Assembly (NCBI GenBank): GCA_029856105.1
Contig: JAHQWH010000011.1
Location: forward strand, 1 to 62,807
Source: Promethearchaeia archaeon
GTDB taxonomy: Archaea; Asgardarchaeota; Lokiarchaeia; Sigyniarchaeales; SOKP01
Direction: 5' to 3'
DNA length: 62,807 nt
In this document: one piece after another, positions 9,139 through 19,622 of the stretch
Layout: the number at the start of each line of letters is the position of its first letter
Position numbering within the stretch: position 1 is the first letter of the stretch
Made by a program: the position numbers and the translations under genes
The notes under the pieces: model-generated
What the model saw: only the letters and a program-made list of their open reading frames with translations
What the model was told of the DNA's origin: nothing
Database searches by the model: none

Positions 9139-10899
9139 TTATTGAGTTTCTCCATACTTCTCTTTCCAAATAGGATCGTTAATTTGTAAGACCCTTCTCT
9201 GTACTTTTCCAACCATAGATTTGGGAATTTCTTCTATAATTTCAATTTGTTTAGGGCACTTATAGTGGGTAATATTTTCTTTACTCCAAGCAATTAGCTC
9301 TTCAGAAGTAACTTTACCCACTGATTCGTCTTCTAGTTGGACCCATGCTTTTACTAGTTCTCCCGTCTCAAGATCAGGCAACCCAGAAACAGCTACTTCC
9401 ATTACAGCAGGGTGAGCTCCCAATAGTTCTTCTACTTCCTTTGGAAAAACGGAATAGCCTTTATATTTAATCAACTGTTTCTTTCTATCTCGAATAACCA
9501 TTTGTCCTTGTTCGTCCATGTATCCAATATCTCCAGTTAAACACCAAATTCGCCCGTCCCACTCCTTTAAAGTTTCTACTGTGGCTTCAGGTCTATTGAA
9601 ATACCCTTTCATTACTTGTGGACCACATACACAGATTTCTCCACTAAAATCGATCCCATAACCATTTAATGGTCCCTTACTAAAATCTTTTGAATCGAAT
9701 ATTGCCCAATCAACACCGGGTAATGGTAAACCAATGGTACCGGGAGTATCGGTTCCGTTAAATGGACCATTACTGACTGCAGTTGTACATTCCGTAAGTC
9801 CATAAGCTTCAACAAGGTGTCCATTACTGATTGCTTCGAACGCATCCTTTACGGGTTTATGAAGCGGTCCAGCACCACTAACGCACAAACGAAACATTTT
9901 TTCCAATCTAGGCTCGGGATTCGCTTTTAGGTAGCGAGTTAGACCAATGAAAAGATTTTCAACTCCTGGTAAGATAACTCCACCTTCAGGACCAACTTCT
10001 ACTATTGTATCTACCACTTCTTTTAATTCCAATTCTCTTTTTGCGAAAAGAATGTTAAAATCACCCCCTTCAATAACGACATTTTGAACAATTGTCATCC
10101 CAAAAGCGTGGAACATGGGTATAATACCGATACATGCAATTGGGTGAGTGGCATCAGGCATCCACATAACATTTTGTTTAGCATTAGTTATACAGTTGTA
10201 GTGTGTAATAATCGCAGGTTTGGGAACACCCGTTGTTCCTCCAGTCATTAAATAAACTGCGGGATCATTTAAGGGATCGATTTCAACTTCTGGAATGTCT
10301 ACTTCGCCACGTTTTTGGCATACATCAAGGAAATTAATAGCTCCAGGAACTTCTCCTTTAGGGATTGTTCCGTCCGCAATTAATTGTTCTTTAACGGCAG
10401 GAGGAATAGCTGCTAAATCAACAATACAAGTAGAAATCACGAAGTCAAATTCATATTTATCTTGTATGGGTTTAATCAAACCATACATTACATCCATACA
10501 AATCAATCCTTTGGGTTTCACTTGCTGTAGTACATGAAGAATTTCTAGCGGTTTATATGTGGGATTTATCGGAATAACTATGGCTCCTAATTTAACAGTC
10601 GCAAAATACCCTATTGTAAATTGGAAACAATTTGGAAGTAGAATTGCTACAACATCCCCTTTTTTTACTCCTAACCGTGATAAAGAAGTAGCGAGAGAAT
10701 CAGTATATTTTCGCAATACTCTGTAATTCATAAATGTTTTTGAGAAATATATACACTTATTCTTAGCAAACTCCTCAGTCTTTTGATCAAACCAGTCTCC
10801 TAAACTAATAACGGGAAACACTGGATGTTTTGGGACGCCATCTTGGTATTTCTTAAACCAAGGTTTACTATCATCTACATACCATCTAGGTTCTGTCAT
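9139..10899 (-). CDS. Long-chain-fatty-acid--CoA ligase (FadD-like)
   Basis: AMP-binding MTGGTTGVPK, EAYGLTE, TGDIGYMD, PKSMVGKV. Confidence 0.92.
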   Translation of the reverse strand: MTEPRWYVDDSKPWFKKYQDGVPKHPVFPVISLGDWFDQKTEEFAKNKCIYFSKTFMNYRVLRKYTDSLATSLSRLGVKKGDVVAILLPNCFQFTIGYFATVKLGAIVIPINPTYKPLEILHVLQQVKPKGLICMDVMYGLIKPIQDKYEFDFVISTCIVDLAAIPPAVKEQLIADGTIPKGEVPGAINFLDVCQKRGEVDIPEVEIDPLNDPAVYLMTGGTTGVPKPAIITHYNCITNAKQNVMWMPDATHPIACIGIIPMFHAFGMTIVQNVVIEGGDFNILFAKRELELKEVVDTIVEVGPEGGVILPGVENLFIGLTRYLKANPEPRLEKMFRLCVSGAGPLHKPVKDAFEAISNGHLVEAYGLTECTTAVSNGPFNGTDTPGTIGLPLPGVDWAIFDSKDFSKGPLNGYGIDFSGEICVCGPQVMKGYFNRPEATVETLKEWDGRIWCLTGDIGYMDEQGQMVIRDRKKQLIKYKGYSVFPKEVEELLGAHPAVMEVAVSGLPDLETGELVKAWVQLEDESVGKVTSEELIAWSKENITHYKCPKQIEIIEEIPKSMVGKVQRRVLQINDPIWKEKYGETQ

Positions 10900-11046
10900 A
10901 AAATTTCTACTCTTAAAATAAGTTTTTTTTGTATTAATAATAATGGTGTGAATATATTTGATTTTTATATTTATAAATCTAATTGGTCATGAAAAATTTT
11001 AAAACATAATTAGAAGTATTTGTTTTAAAAAAATAAAAGAGAAGAG

Positions 11047-12186
11047 TTACAACGATTTATAAAGTGCTTCACCAAGATTAGTTGTACGAGGGTCGCCTGT
11101 GATTGACAACACCATATTATTCATAACAAATGCAAAGCTTAATTTAGCGTCGAGGTCCATTACTACTACGGACCCACCAAATCCACCCCAATAAAAGGTT
11201 CGGGGATTAGGACTAATCGGCATTTCTTTGCTCGTTAACCCCCAACCTAAACCATAGCGTATCGTGTTGTTTAGAACGAGATCAGTACCGTATATTTGTT
11301 CTTCGATCGACTTTTCAATCGTTTTAAGCGAAAGAAGGCGAATATCATCTACTTGGCCCCCACAAGCCAATACCGAGGCTACTCGGGCCACTGATCTCGC
11401 GTTACCTTGACCGTTAGCTGCAGGAATCTCTGCTCCTAGCCAAGCTCTATCTCTAACATTTTTAGGGTCAACAATAGGGTTAGTAAGAGATTTGGCAGCA
11501 ATAGGCCCTAAGTCCTTAAGAACGCCCATTTCAGCTATGTCAGGGGGTAATAATTCAGCAACTCGGTGGTCGTGTTCTTCAGCTAAGCCAATGTGAAAGT
11601 CCGCGTTAAGTGGGATTGCAACCTCCTCTCGAAAAAATGTACCAACAGTTTTACCGGTAACTCGACGAACCAATTCGCCTAATAAATAACCATGTGTTAT
11701 AGAGTGATAACCACTTTGAGTTCCAGGTTCCCACCAAGGTTCTTGTTCAGCGAGTATTTTAATAATTCGATCCCAATTATAAAGCGTTTTAGGTCTAACA
11801 ATTTTACCAAAACCAGATAAACCAGAGGTATGACTAAGAATATGGCGAACAAGAATTTTTTCTTTACCTGCTTGAGCAAATTCGGGCCAGTACTTCGCAA
11901 CGGGTGCGTCAAGGTCAAGCAACCCTCTATCCACACACATGAGCGTACAAAGTACCGTCATTACTTTTGTAGTTGAATATACGTTAATAATTGTATCGCG
12001 TTCCCATGGTCGCGTCTTAGCAGCGTCAGCATAACCCGCCCATATATCAATCACGTATTTACCGTCAATCGTTGCAGCAAACGAAGCTCCGACATCCAAT
12101 CCATCTTCAAAGTTTTTCGCGAAAACTTCCTTAACTTCCTTAAACCGATCGTCGCAAAACCCATTTACTATTACTTTATCTGCCAT
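11047..12186 (-). CDS. Serine hydrolase, beta-lactamase class C/EstB family
   Basis: SxxK in YSTTK, LSHTSGL, PGTQSGYH, WGGFGGS. Confidence 0.9.
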   Translation of the reverse strand: MADKVIVNGFCDDRFKEVKEVFAKNFEDGLDVGASFAATIDGKYVIDIWAGYADAAKTRPWERDTIINVYSTTKVMTVLCTLMCVDRGLLDLDAPVAKYWPEFAQAGKEKILVRHILSHTSGLSGFGKIVRPKTLYNWDRIIKILAEQEPWWEPGTQSGYHSITHGYLLGELVRRVTGKTVGTFFREEVAIPLNADFHIGLAEEHDHRVAELLPPDIAEMGVLKDLGPIAAKSLTNPIVDPKNVRDRAWLGAEIPAANGQGNARSVARVASVLACGGQVDDIRLLSLKTIEKSIEEQIYGTDLVLNNTIRYGLGWGLTSKEMPISPNPRTFYWGGFGGSVVVMDLDAKLSFAFVMNNMVLSITGDPRTTNLGEALYKSL

Positions 12187-12208
12187 TTTTTTTAAAGTAT
12201 TTTATCAT

Positions 12209-13429
12209 TTAATTAGTATTTATTTTTCCGCAACAATATTTATACTTTTTTCCGCTTCCACATGGGCAAGGTTCGTTTCTTCCAACTTTTTTTGCTTTAA
12301 AGGGCGTTGAAGCGTTAACTTGGTGCTCAGCATTAAAGTTTTCTGCCATAATTTTAAAACGAGGTAACGTACGAGAATAAAACATCTTCCAACCTTTGCA
12401 TAGAACGCTTAACTCTTTTGAGAAGCTAGGCGCTCCAAAGCGAAATTTTTGGCAATCTCCATGACATAAATTAAGATAAGGGCATAAATCGCATTCTTTA
12501 TTCCAATTTGCTTTTTGATTTCCAAAGCTTTGATATTTCTCCGATAATAAAAGGTCTTCCCATGAATCGGTTTTAACGTTTCCTAATAACAGGTCATCGC
12601 GTACAAAAAAATCACACGGGTACACGCTACCGTCGTATTCTACAACAAAATATTGAACGCAACTTTTTCCCATATAACAAACGGTATAGCGTCCGTAGAC
12701 TAAATATTCCATAATTGAGTCGAACAAACGAATTGAAACCCTATTCACATCTTCCTTAATCCATTCCTCGAATAAATCGGAAAGAAATTTACCCCAATCT
12801 TTTCCATTAATAGAATATGACTTGAGATTTCCACCCTCATCAAATTCAACACAGGGGATATACTGATGGAAAAAAAAGCCATTGTCACAATGGTAACGAT
12901 AGATTTCTTTAGCTTTTTTTACTGTCTGATTGTTAATTAAAGTTAAAATATTAAATTCTACATCATTTTGCTTAAGAAGCTCTATACCACGCATCACTAG
13001 AGCATGGGTTGGTTTTCCTCCTATAGTTTTCCTATAGAAATCGTGAAGATAAGCCGGACCATCCAAGCTTACACCAAGGAGAAATTTGTATTCTCCAAAA
13101 AATTTAGCTAATTCTTTCGTAATCATTGTTGCGTTAGTTTGAATTCCATTACTAATTGAAGAACCCGGTGGAGCGAATTTTAGCTGGAATTCTACGACTT
13201 TCTTAAAAAAATCTAGACTCAATAAAGTTGGCTCTCCTCCCTGCCAGCCGAAAGCATATCGTCCCTTCTGATCCGTACTCATATAACTTTTTATCATGAT
13301 TTCTAACGTCTCATCAGTCATTCGAGGGCTATTGCTTCCATTTTCAAGATGGTCTATGTAAAAACAATATTCGCATCTTAGGTTACAATCTGCTGAGGCT
13401 GGTTTAATTAGAAGCGAGAAAGGTTTCAT
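12209..13429 (-). CDS. Anaerobic sulfatase-maturating radical SAM/SPASM enzyme with C-terminal SEC-C motif
   Basis: [31 protein letters not shown], CxxCx5Cx3[19 protein letters not shown]. Confidence 0.9.
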   Translation of the reverse strand: MKPFSLLIKPASADCNLRCEYCFYIDHLENGSNSPRMTDETLEIMIKSYMSTDQKGRYAFGWQGGEPTLLSLDFFKKVVEFQLKFAPPGSSISNGIQTNATMITKELAKFFGEYKFLLGVSLDGPAYLHDFYRKTIGGKPTHALVMRGIELLKQNDVEFNILTLINNQTVKKAKEIYRYHCDNGFFFHQYIPCVEFDEGGNLKSYSINGKDWGKFLSDLFEEWIKEDVNRVSIRLFDSIMEYLVYGRYTVCYMGKSCVQYFVVEYDGSVYPCDFFVRDDLLLGNVKTDSWEDLLLSEKYQSFGNQKANWNKECDLCPYLNLCHGDCQKFRFGAPSFSKELSVLCKGWKMFYSRTLPRFKIMAENFNAEHQVNASTPFKAKKVGRNEPCPCGSGKKYKYCCGKINTN

Positions 13430-13547
13430 GATTTTTCATTATGTTAAATTTAATTAAATAAATAAAACTTTTTACAATAGTTTAGCTTTGAGAATTATAC
13501 ATTCAAAAATAATCTTAAATTCCTAAAATAAATTTAGTTCGATAATA

Positions 13548-14999
13548 ATGAAGGAAATAGAGCCTAAAATTTTAAGTAAAGAAGAAATAGAGCGGATCCC
13601 ATCAGGAATTAACGAGGAAGAGCTTTTAGAGTTTGATAAACACGCACTTAATTCGTTTTATGAAGCTTTAACTGCTATAGAAGCAAAAGAACCAGGATCT
13701 TCGTGGGTGAAAGTTGTTGATAAAGAAGGTAATGTAAAAGAGATTCTTGATGCTACATCCATGAATTGGACGTTAAGTCTCGGATTTGCAAACCCGGATG
13801 TTAATTATGCCGCTTATCAACAAATGATTAGACTAAATCACGTAAGATATAACGTATTAACTCCTGCTAGAGTAAAATTGGTAAATAAAATTGCAGAATT
13901 AGCTCCTGGGAAACTTAAAGGAGGAAGGGTTTCATTAAATAATCAAGGTGGGGGATTAGCTAACGAAGCGGCTATCAAATTAGCAATGATGGCATCCAGA
14001 GGGGCCGACCATTTTGGGGTTTTTTGGGGCGGTTATCACGGCTCCACCTTAGTAATGAGTACGGCAACTCAACCAATGCATGGAGTAAACCGTTTCACTA
14101 GTTTTGGTCACGAACATTTCACAAGAATGCCTTATCCTTATTGCTATAGATGTTTGTGGAATTATAAAGGAGGATTAAAAGGTAAAAAGGATCCTAATTG
14201 TAACTTGGAATGTTTTGATTTAGTAGAAAATTATATACTGGGAATGGCACCAAAAAGATTTGCGGGAATTATGCTCGAGCCAATTCAAGCAGCTGGAGGT
14301 CAAATACCAGCACCTCCCGAATTTTTAGTAAAATTAAAAAAAGTCTGTGAAGAGGAAAAGGTGTCCTTAATATATGATGAATGTCAAACGAGCATGTGGA
14401 GATGTGGAAAATATTTCACAATAACCGAGCGATACCAAAAGGAATTGAACTTGGATGTTTCCCCAGACATGATGACATTTACTAAGGGAATCGGAGGCGG
14501 GTATCCGTTAGGTGTTTTAGTTGCATCTCCAAAAATCAAGAAAAGATTTGGTCCTTCGGAAGAGCATACTACGTTTAGCTCTGATCCATTATCATTTGCA
14601 ACTTCACTGGCAGCAATTAAAGTTATCGAGAAAGCTAAATATGGAGAAAACTGTGAAAAAATGGGTAATAAGATCACTAAGCGATTATTAGAAATGCAAG
14701 AAGAATACGAAGAGATTGGAGATATTAGAGGACCAGGATTATTTATCGGGATAGAATTAGTTAAAAACAAAGAGACACGAGAACCTTTCACAGAACTTTC
14801 TGAAGAAATGGTATTACTAGCTCCAAAACATAACTTATATTTAGGACCGAGTATGCCAATTCTAACGGCCACAGGTAAACTTAGAAGACGAAATGTAATC
14901 AAAATCAAGCCACCTTTAGTTGTTACGGAAGAAGATACCGATTTTATATTGGAGAATTTTGAATTAACTCTAAAAGACGCGCTGAATAAGCTAAAATAA
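13548..14999 (+). CDS. Class III PLP-dependent aminotransferase
   Basis: EAAIKLA, GYHGST, EPIQAAGG, YDECQT, PDMMTFTKGIGGG, IRGPGLFIGIELV. Confidence 0.9.
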   Translation: MKEIEPKILSKEEIERIPSGINEEELLEFDKHALNSFYEALTAIEAKEPGSSWVKVVDKEGNVKEILDATSMNWTLSLGFANPDVNYAAYQQMIRLNHVRYNVLTPARVKLVNKIAELAPGKLKGGRVSLNNQGGGLANEAAIKLAMMASRGADHFGVFWGGYHGSTLVMSTATQPMHGVNRFTSFGHEHFTRMPYPYCYRCLWNYKGGLKGKKDPNCNLECFDLVENYILGMAPKRFAGIMLEPIQAAGGQIPAPPEFLVKLKKVCEEEKVSLIYDECQTSMWRCGKYFTITERYQKELNLDVSPDMMTFTKGIGGGYPLGVLVASPKIKKRFGPSEEHTTFSSDPLSFATSLAAIKVIEKAKYGENCEKMGNKITKRLLEMQEEYEEIGDIRGPGLFIGIELVKNKETREPFTELSEEMVLLAPKHNLYLGPSMPILTATGKLRRRNVIKIKPPLVVTEEDTDFILENFELTLKDALNKLK

Positions 15000-15044
15000 C
15001 AAAAAAATTCACTCTTTTTTTTATTGAAGAATCGAATAAACTAG

Positions 15045-18000
15045 TTATTTAATTTGAATAATAGCAAATGACCTTAAATTAGTGTAATATTTTGCAATAT
15101 TTCTTTTATCCATCTCTTTTTTGAGATCGTCGTATTCAAAGGCCAAATCGTCTAGCTTTTTACTGATAGATGAGATATTTTTTTTGAGAAATTGTAGTTC
15201 TTCTTTCAAATTCTCAATTTTATCTAAACGTTCTTGCTTTTTGATTCTATCGTCTATATTTTTAATGTTTAATAGTTGTCTTTCGGTCGGACTCTGGCTT
15301 TTTTTTTTCTCTAACTTTTGTCTTAAAGATTCTTGTCTAAAACTTAATACTCTCCTTTTGTAACTAAATATTTTCTCTTTCTTAGAGGTCTCGATATCAA
15401 ATATTTTAGCGTTTAAAGCTTTAATTTCCTTTTTCCACAGAGAAGTCTTCCACTTTACAAGACTTTTAGCTTTTTGAGTAAGTTGCTCGAGAAAACTTGG
15501 ATCTAATTGAGCTTTATAAGGAATATCTAGATCGCTAACTAAGTAATCTTGAAATCTTTTAATGTCTAGCACGATATCTGCTAAATCTGGAATCTCATTC
15601 CCTTTATCATCTACTATTACAGCAGAAAATTGATTTTCTAATATGTACCCTTGAAATTTTACGTTAAATACGAATAAATAAATGTCTTTTTTGGAAGATA
15701 AAAGATTGATTAAATGTTCTGGTAGGTTATCCTTCGTTAAATTGAGTATCGTAAATGTCCCCTCTAAATCTCCTGATGTACAAAAATCTAACACTTCGTT
15801 AATTAATGGATGTCCTAACGCAAAGAAGTCGATCTCTTCTCGTTCTCTTGCCAGATTCAAATCAAATGTACCTACGTATTCCTTTGAGAAACTGTACCGG
15901 GGATTTTTAAGTAAAATGTCGTTTACCGTAATTTTTGTTTCGAAACCTATTTTTTCAGAGGCTTTGATACCTTCTTCTTTAAGGACATCTACAAAACCAA
16001 ACTTATTATGATTGAGGCTAAAGAAATATTTCGTTAGTAAAAACAATTCGTTGTGACTAAGCCTTACTTCTTTACATGTTGTCCAAGAAGTTATTAAATC
16101 GTCGATTCGAAAAGACTTTTTGTCAATCAGTAAATCGTCTAGTTGAATTTCCATTTCTCTCGCCCTTTTTACTTCAAGATCTAATCTCCTGTTGAACTCG
16201 TTTAATTTTTTCCTTCTCTTACCCTTTTCTTCAGTAAAGATTATATTTTTTATATCTTTATGTATTCTACCTATTATCGGTTCTAATTGCCCTATAGATT
16301 CTTCGAATAGGTGAATTCTTTTATCGAGCGCGAACATAATATCTGTTTCTACAGTGCCTTCCATATAAAAGTTATAAATGTAAATCTCTTTAGACTTTTG
16401 ACCTATCCTATCAAGTCTACCAATTCTTTGTTCTAATTTCATAGGATTCCATGGTAAATCGTAATTAATCAGAACCCGCGCAAATTGAAAATTTCTACCC
16501 TCGCCACCGATTTCAGTAGAAAGTAAAATAGAGAATTTCTTGCTTTCCCGGAATCTCTCTACAGCTTCATCTTTTTCAACTTTATTTAAGCCTCCGTAAA
16601 AAGTTTCCACGTAATAGTCTTCTTTTTGTTTGTTCAACAAGTCTTTTAAATACAACAAGGTGTCTACAAATTGCGTAAAGACTAATATCTTTTCGTTAGA
16701 ATTTTGAGAATAAATCTTATTTAACAATTCGACTAATTTCTCAGATTTAGAGTCGTAAGGTAATGCTTTTAAATTGTCATAAAATTGTCTTATTATTTTT
16801 TCTTGGTTAAGCAAACCTAAGGAAGTTTTTTCTGATTCTTTAACCGAGTTGTTATCGTTATTGTAAGTAAAGTCAGAATCGATATATTGATTTTTCAATT
16901 CTGATTCGTAATATTCCGGATTTTCATCCCTTAATACATTTAATTCAAGAGAAATGCTTTTTAAGCGCTCAATCTGTTCTAGTCTTCTATCCAGACTTTT
17001 TAAAAACGCGTATTTGGAGCTTGTAAGTAGTTTTTGCAAAGTCGTAATAATAAATCCAATTCCAATGTTCTCTTTACTTGTTGCGGTATTGTAAATTTTC
17101 GCCAAATAGAGTCTAATTTCGTTATATATTTCTAGTTCTTGCTTCGTAGGATTTATAACAATAGTTTTAACAACTCGTTCGTTTAAAAATTCTTCTGAAA
17201 ATACATTCTTTTTACGATTCCTAATTAGAAACTTTGATAATGTGTGGTCCTCTTCAATTTTCTTTAATAAATTTAATTTATAATTATCATTTTTTAACAG
17301 CTCTAATATTCCTTCATTATTTTTGTTACTACTTATGTACTTTAGGTTCTTAAGAAGTTTTATAGTATTTTTTACTTCGAAATTATTTAATTTATCAATT
17401 TGGTTAACATTAGCAACTAGTAAATTTATAAATGGCATATTTTTTCTAAAATGTTCGAAATCTGAAAAATTATCAAAAGCTTCTCCTTGGATTAATTCTA
17501 TAAGCGAATACAATTCAAACGAGTGTAGTTGTAAAGGTGTTGCCGATAATAGCAATAGGGATTCAGTAGAGAGGCTTAGACTCCTTGCTAAATCGTAGTT
17601 TAAGGTTTTCCTATAATTTCCAGTTGCGGCATTAATTAAATATCTTCGCAAATGATGAGCTTCGTCAAAAACAACTATGTCCCATGAAATTTGGGAAAGA
17701 AAGTTTATATATTTTCTATTTTTCGCAAATTGTAGAGAACATATAATAAGATTATCGTAATAAAATGGGTTTTGAAACAACTCAGCGCTCGTACGATTTC
17801 CGTTTTTCTTTAATTCTTTGATCTTTTTTCCATCGTATATAGTAAACTCAATGTTAAACTTGTTTTGCATTTCAAATTGCCATTGTTTTACTAAGGTAGC
17901 AGGAACAATAATTAAAATTCTCTCGGCAAGATTTCTCGCCATCATTTCTTTAATATAAATACCGGCTTCAATTGTTTTTCCGAGTCCAACCTCGTCTGCT

Positions 18001-18653
18001 AAAATAATTCTTGGAAAGTATTCTTCTGATAATCGATGCGCCACATTTATTTGGTGTGGCATAAGGGAAAGTCTAGAATTTGTTATACATTTTATTTGAT
18101 AAGATGTGTAATAAGAATAAAAAAGATTAGCCCAGTACTTTAGTAAGAAATTCTCTGGAGGGTCAATTCTTTGCTTTGAAATTATTCTTTTTACGGGAGT
18201 TTCATACATTGAAATTATTTCAGATTCGTAAATTTGAGCTAATTTCCCATTTGGAAATATAGTTTCATAGGATAAATTTCCATCTTTGATTACAAAATTT
18301 TTGGAATTAATTACTCCAACTCCCTTTTTAGTAATTATTCTTTCGTTAACTCCAAAAACATAATGTATGAGATCAAGAGGATGAATAATTTTAATTATAT
18401 TATTTTCAAATAAAACTTTATATTTGGTTATAAAATAAGAATCTTCGCCATCTAACGTCCTAGAAGCTGGGACGTCTATTCTTTTTACAATTCTACCAAT
18501 ATCTAAATCAGAATTTAATCTGAAGATGACTAAATTGCCTAAGTTGAATTTATGCCCTTGACAATATACATTAAAACACTTTGAAAATCGGGATTCTAAC
18601 GAGTTACTACAAAAAGGGCACTTATATTTAGGAGCCTTAAGATTGTTAATCAT
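15045..18653 (-). CDS. RapA/HepA-like SNF2 helicase with N-terminal Zn ribbon and C-terminal coiled coil
   Basis: ILADEVGLGKTIEAG, DEAHH, LSATPLQ, STEIGGEGRNFQFA, LPWNPMKLEQRIGRLDRIGQ; N-terminal CPFC..CFNVYC. Confidence 0.9.
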   Translation of the reverse strand: MINNLKAPKYKCPFCSNSLESRFSKCFNVYCQGHKFNLGNLVIFRLNSDLDIGRIVKRIDVPASRTLDGEDSYFITKYKVLFENNIIKIIHPLDLIHYVFGVNERIITKKGVGVINSKNFVIKDGNLSYETIFPNGKLAQIYESEIISMYETPVKRIISKQRIDPPENFLLKYWANLFYSYYTSYQIKCITNSRLSLMPHQINVAHRLSEEYFPRIILADEVGLGKTIEAGIYIKEMMARNLAERILIIVPATLVKQWQFEMQNKFNIEFTIYDGKKIKELKKNGNRTSAELFQNPFYYDNLIICSLQFAKNRKYINFLSQISWDIVVFDEAHHLRRYLINAATGNYRKTLNYDLARSLSLSTESLLLLSATPLQLHSFELYSLIELIQGEAFDNFSDFEHFRKNMPFINLLVANVNQIDKLNNFEVKNTIKLLKNLKYISSNKNNEGILELLKNDNYKLNLLKKIEEDHTLSKFLIRNRKKNVFSEEFLNERVVKTIVINPTKQELEIYNEIRLYLAKIYNTATSKENIGIGFIITTLQKLLTSSKYAFLKSLDRRLEQIERLKSISLELNVLRDENPEYYESELKNQYIDSDFTYNNDNNSVKESEKTSLGLLNQEKIIRQFYDNLKALPYDSKSEKLVELLNKIYSQNSNEKILVFTQFVDTLLYLKDLLNKQKEDYYVETFYGGLNKVEKDEAVERFRESKKFSILLSTEIGGEGRNFQFARVLINYDLPWNPMKLEQRIGRLDRIGQKSKEIYIYNFYMEGTVETDIMFALDKRIHLFEESIGQLEPIIGRIHKDIKNIIFTEEKGKRRKKLNEFNRRLDLEVKRAREMEIQLDDLLIDKKSFRIDDLITSWTTCKEVRLSHNELFLLTKYFFSLNHNKFGFVDVLKEEGIKASEKIGFETKITVNDILLKNPRYSFSKEYVGTFDLNLAREREEIDFFALGHPLINEVLDFCTSGDLEGTFTILNLTKDNLPEHLINLLSSKKDIYLFVFNVKFQGYILENQFSAVIVDDKGNEIPDLADIVLDIKRFQDYLVSDLDIPYKAQLDPSFLEQLTQKAKSLVKWKTSLWKKEIKALNAKIFDIETSKKEKIFSYKRRVLSFRQESLRQKLEKKKSQSPTERQLLNIKNIDDRIKKQERLDKIENLKEELQFLKKNISSISKKLDDLAFEYDDLKKEMDKRNIAKYYTNLRSFAIIQIK

Positions 18654-18736
18654 AAAATTATTATTCTCTCTATTTAATCTAAATATTACAAATAAAAGTA
18701 AAAATTTTGTTATTATAAATTATTGAGGTATCTTTT

Positions 18737-19600
18737 ATGGAGAATCAAAAAGTTGAACCGACTTTTGTTGGAGAGAACGACGATTTAGTCTTTGTCGTTC
18801 CAAAAGAACTTTTTACGATGAAATTATCAACCGAACAGAAATTGGACCGAGAAACCGCAAACGAATATAGTAAGTATTTAACAGGGACATTTAAAGGCTT
18901 TCAAAAGGCGAACAAAACGAAATATCAAAATGGCGATAATAACAAGACCGAGACGACGCCTGAATTTTGGATAGAGTTTGAAAATTTAGCTAAAGAAAAG
19001 GGAATTGAACTTATTGGTTATACACCCGTGTTAGAAAACTATATTTTTAAAAACCTTCCAATTGTAGGAAAGAACACAATAATTTTTGGCATGGAAATGG
19101 ATTGGGAAAAAATCAAAACAGCTCCAAGCATTCATGTTAGCATTGAGGCATTTAGAGTGTATTACGACCTAGGGGAAAAAACTATCGAGTTAACGAGATT
19201 TCTACAAGAAAAAAGGTACAAGGCGGAAGCTCATCATCCTTTTGGAGGAAAACTCTTATTTACAGCTCACGCTGTAGCTGCGGGGTTAGGGATAAAGGGG
19301 CGAAATGGTTTAATTATTAGTCACGAATTCGGTCCGAGACAAAGGTGGAGCGCGATAACTACGGATGCCAATATCCCCGAAACAAAGAAACCAGATCTTA
19401 CCGATATGGAAGACTTTTGCGAGGATTGCGGTACTTGCATAGAGAATTGTTTAGGTGGAGCTACCTATGAAGAACCAATTGAGAAAATAAAAGGTTCTGG
19501 CATTTTCACTCACATAGATCGCTCAAAATGCATGGAGAGTTTATTGAACAATAATTATTGTTCTTATTGTTTAAAAATATGCCCCCAAGGGCATAAATAA
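18737..19600 (+). CDS. QueG/reductive-dehalogenase-like 2x[4Fe-4S] protein
   Basis: AVAAGLGIKGRNGLII..EFGPRQRWSAITT; CEDCGTCIENC; C..CSYCLKICP. Confidence 0.75.
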   Translation: MENQKVEPTFVGENDDLVFVVPKELFTMKLSTEQKLDRETANEYSKYLTGTFKGFQKANKTKYQNGDNNKTETTPEFWIEFENLAKEKGIELIGYTPVLENYIFKNLPIVGKNTIIFGMEMDWEKIKTAPSIHVSIEAFRVYYDLGEKTIELTRFLQEKRYKAEAHHPFGGKLLFTAHAVAAGLGIKGRNGLIISHEFGPRQRWSAITTDANIPETKKPDLTDMEDFCEDCGTCIENCLGGATYEEPIEKIKGSGIFTHIDRSKCMESLLNNNYCSYCLKICPQGHK

Positions 19601-19622
19601 GCTAATTAAAAAAAAGTCTACT

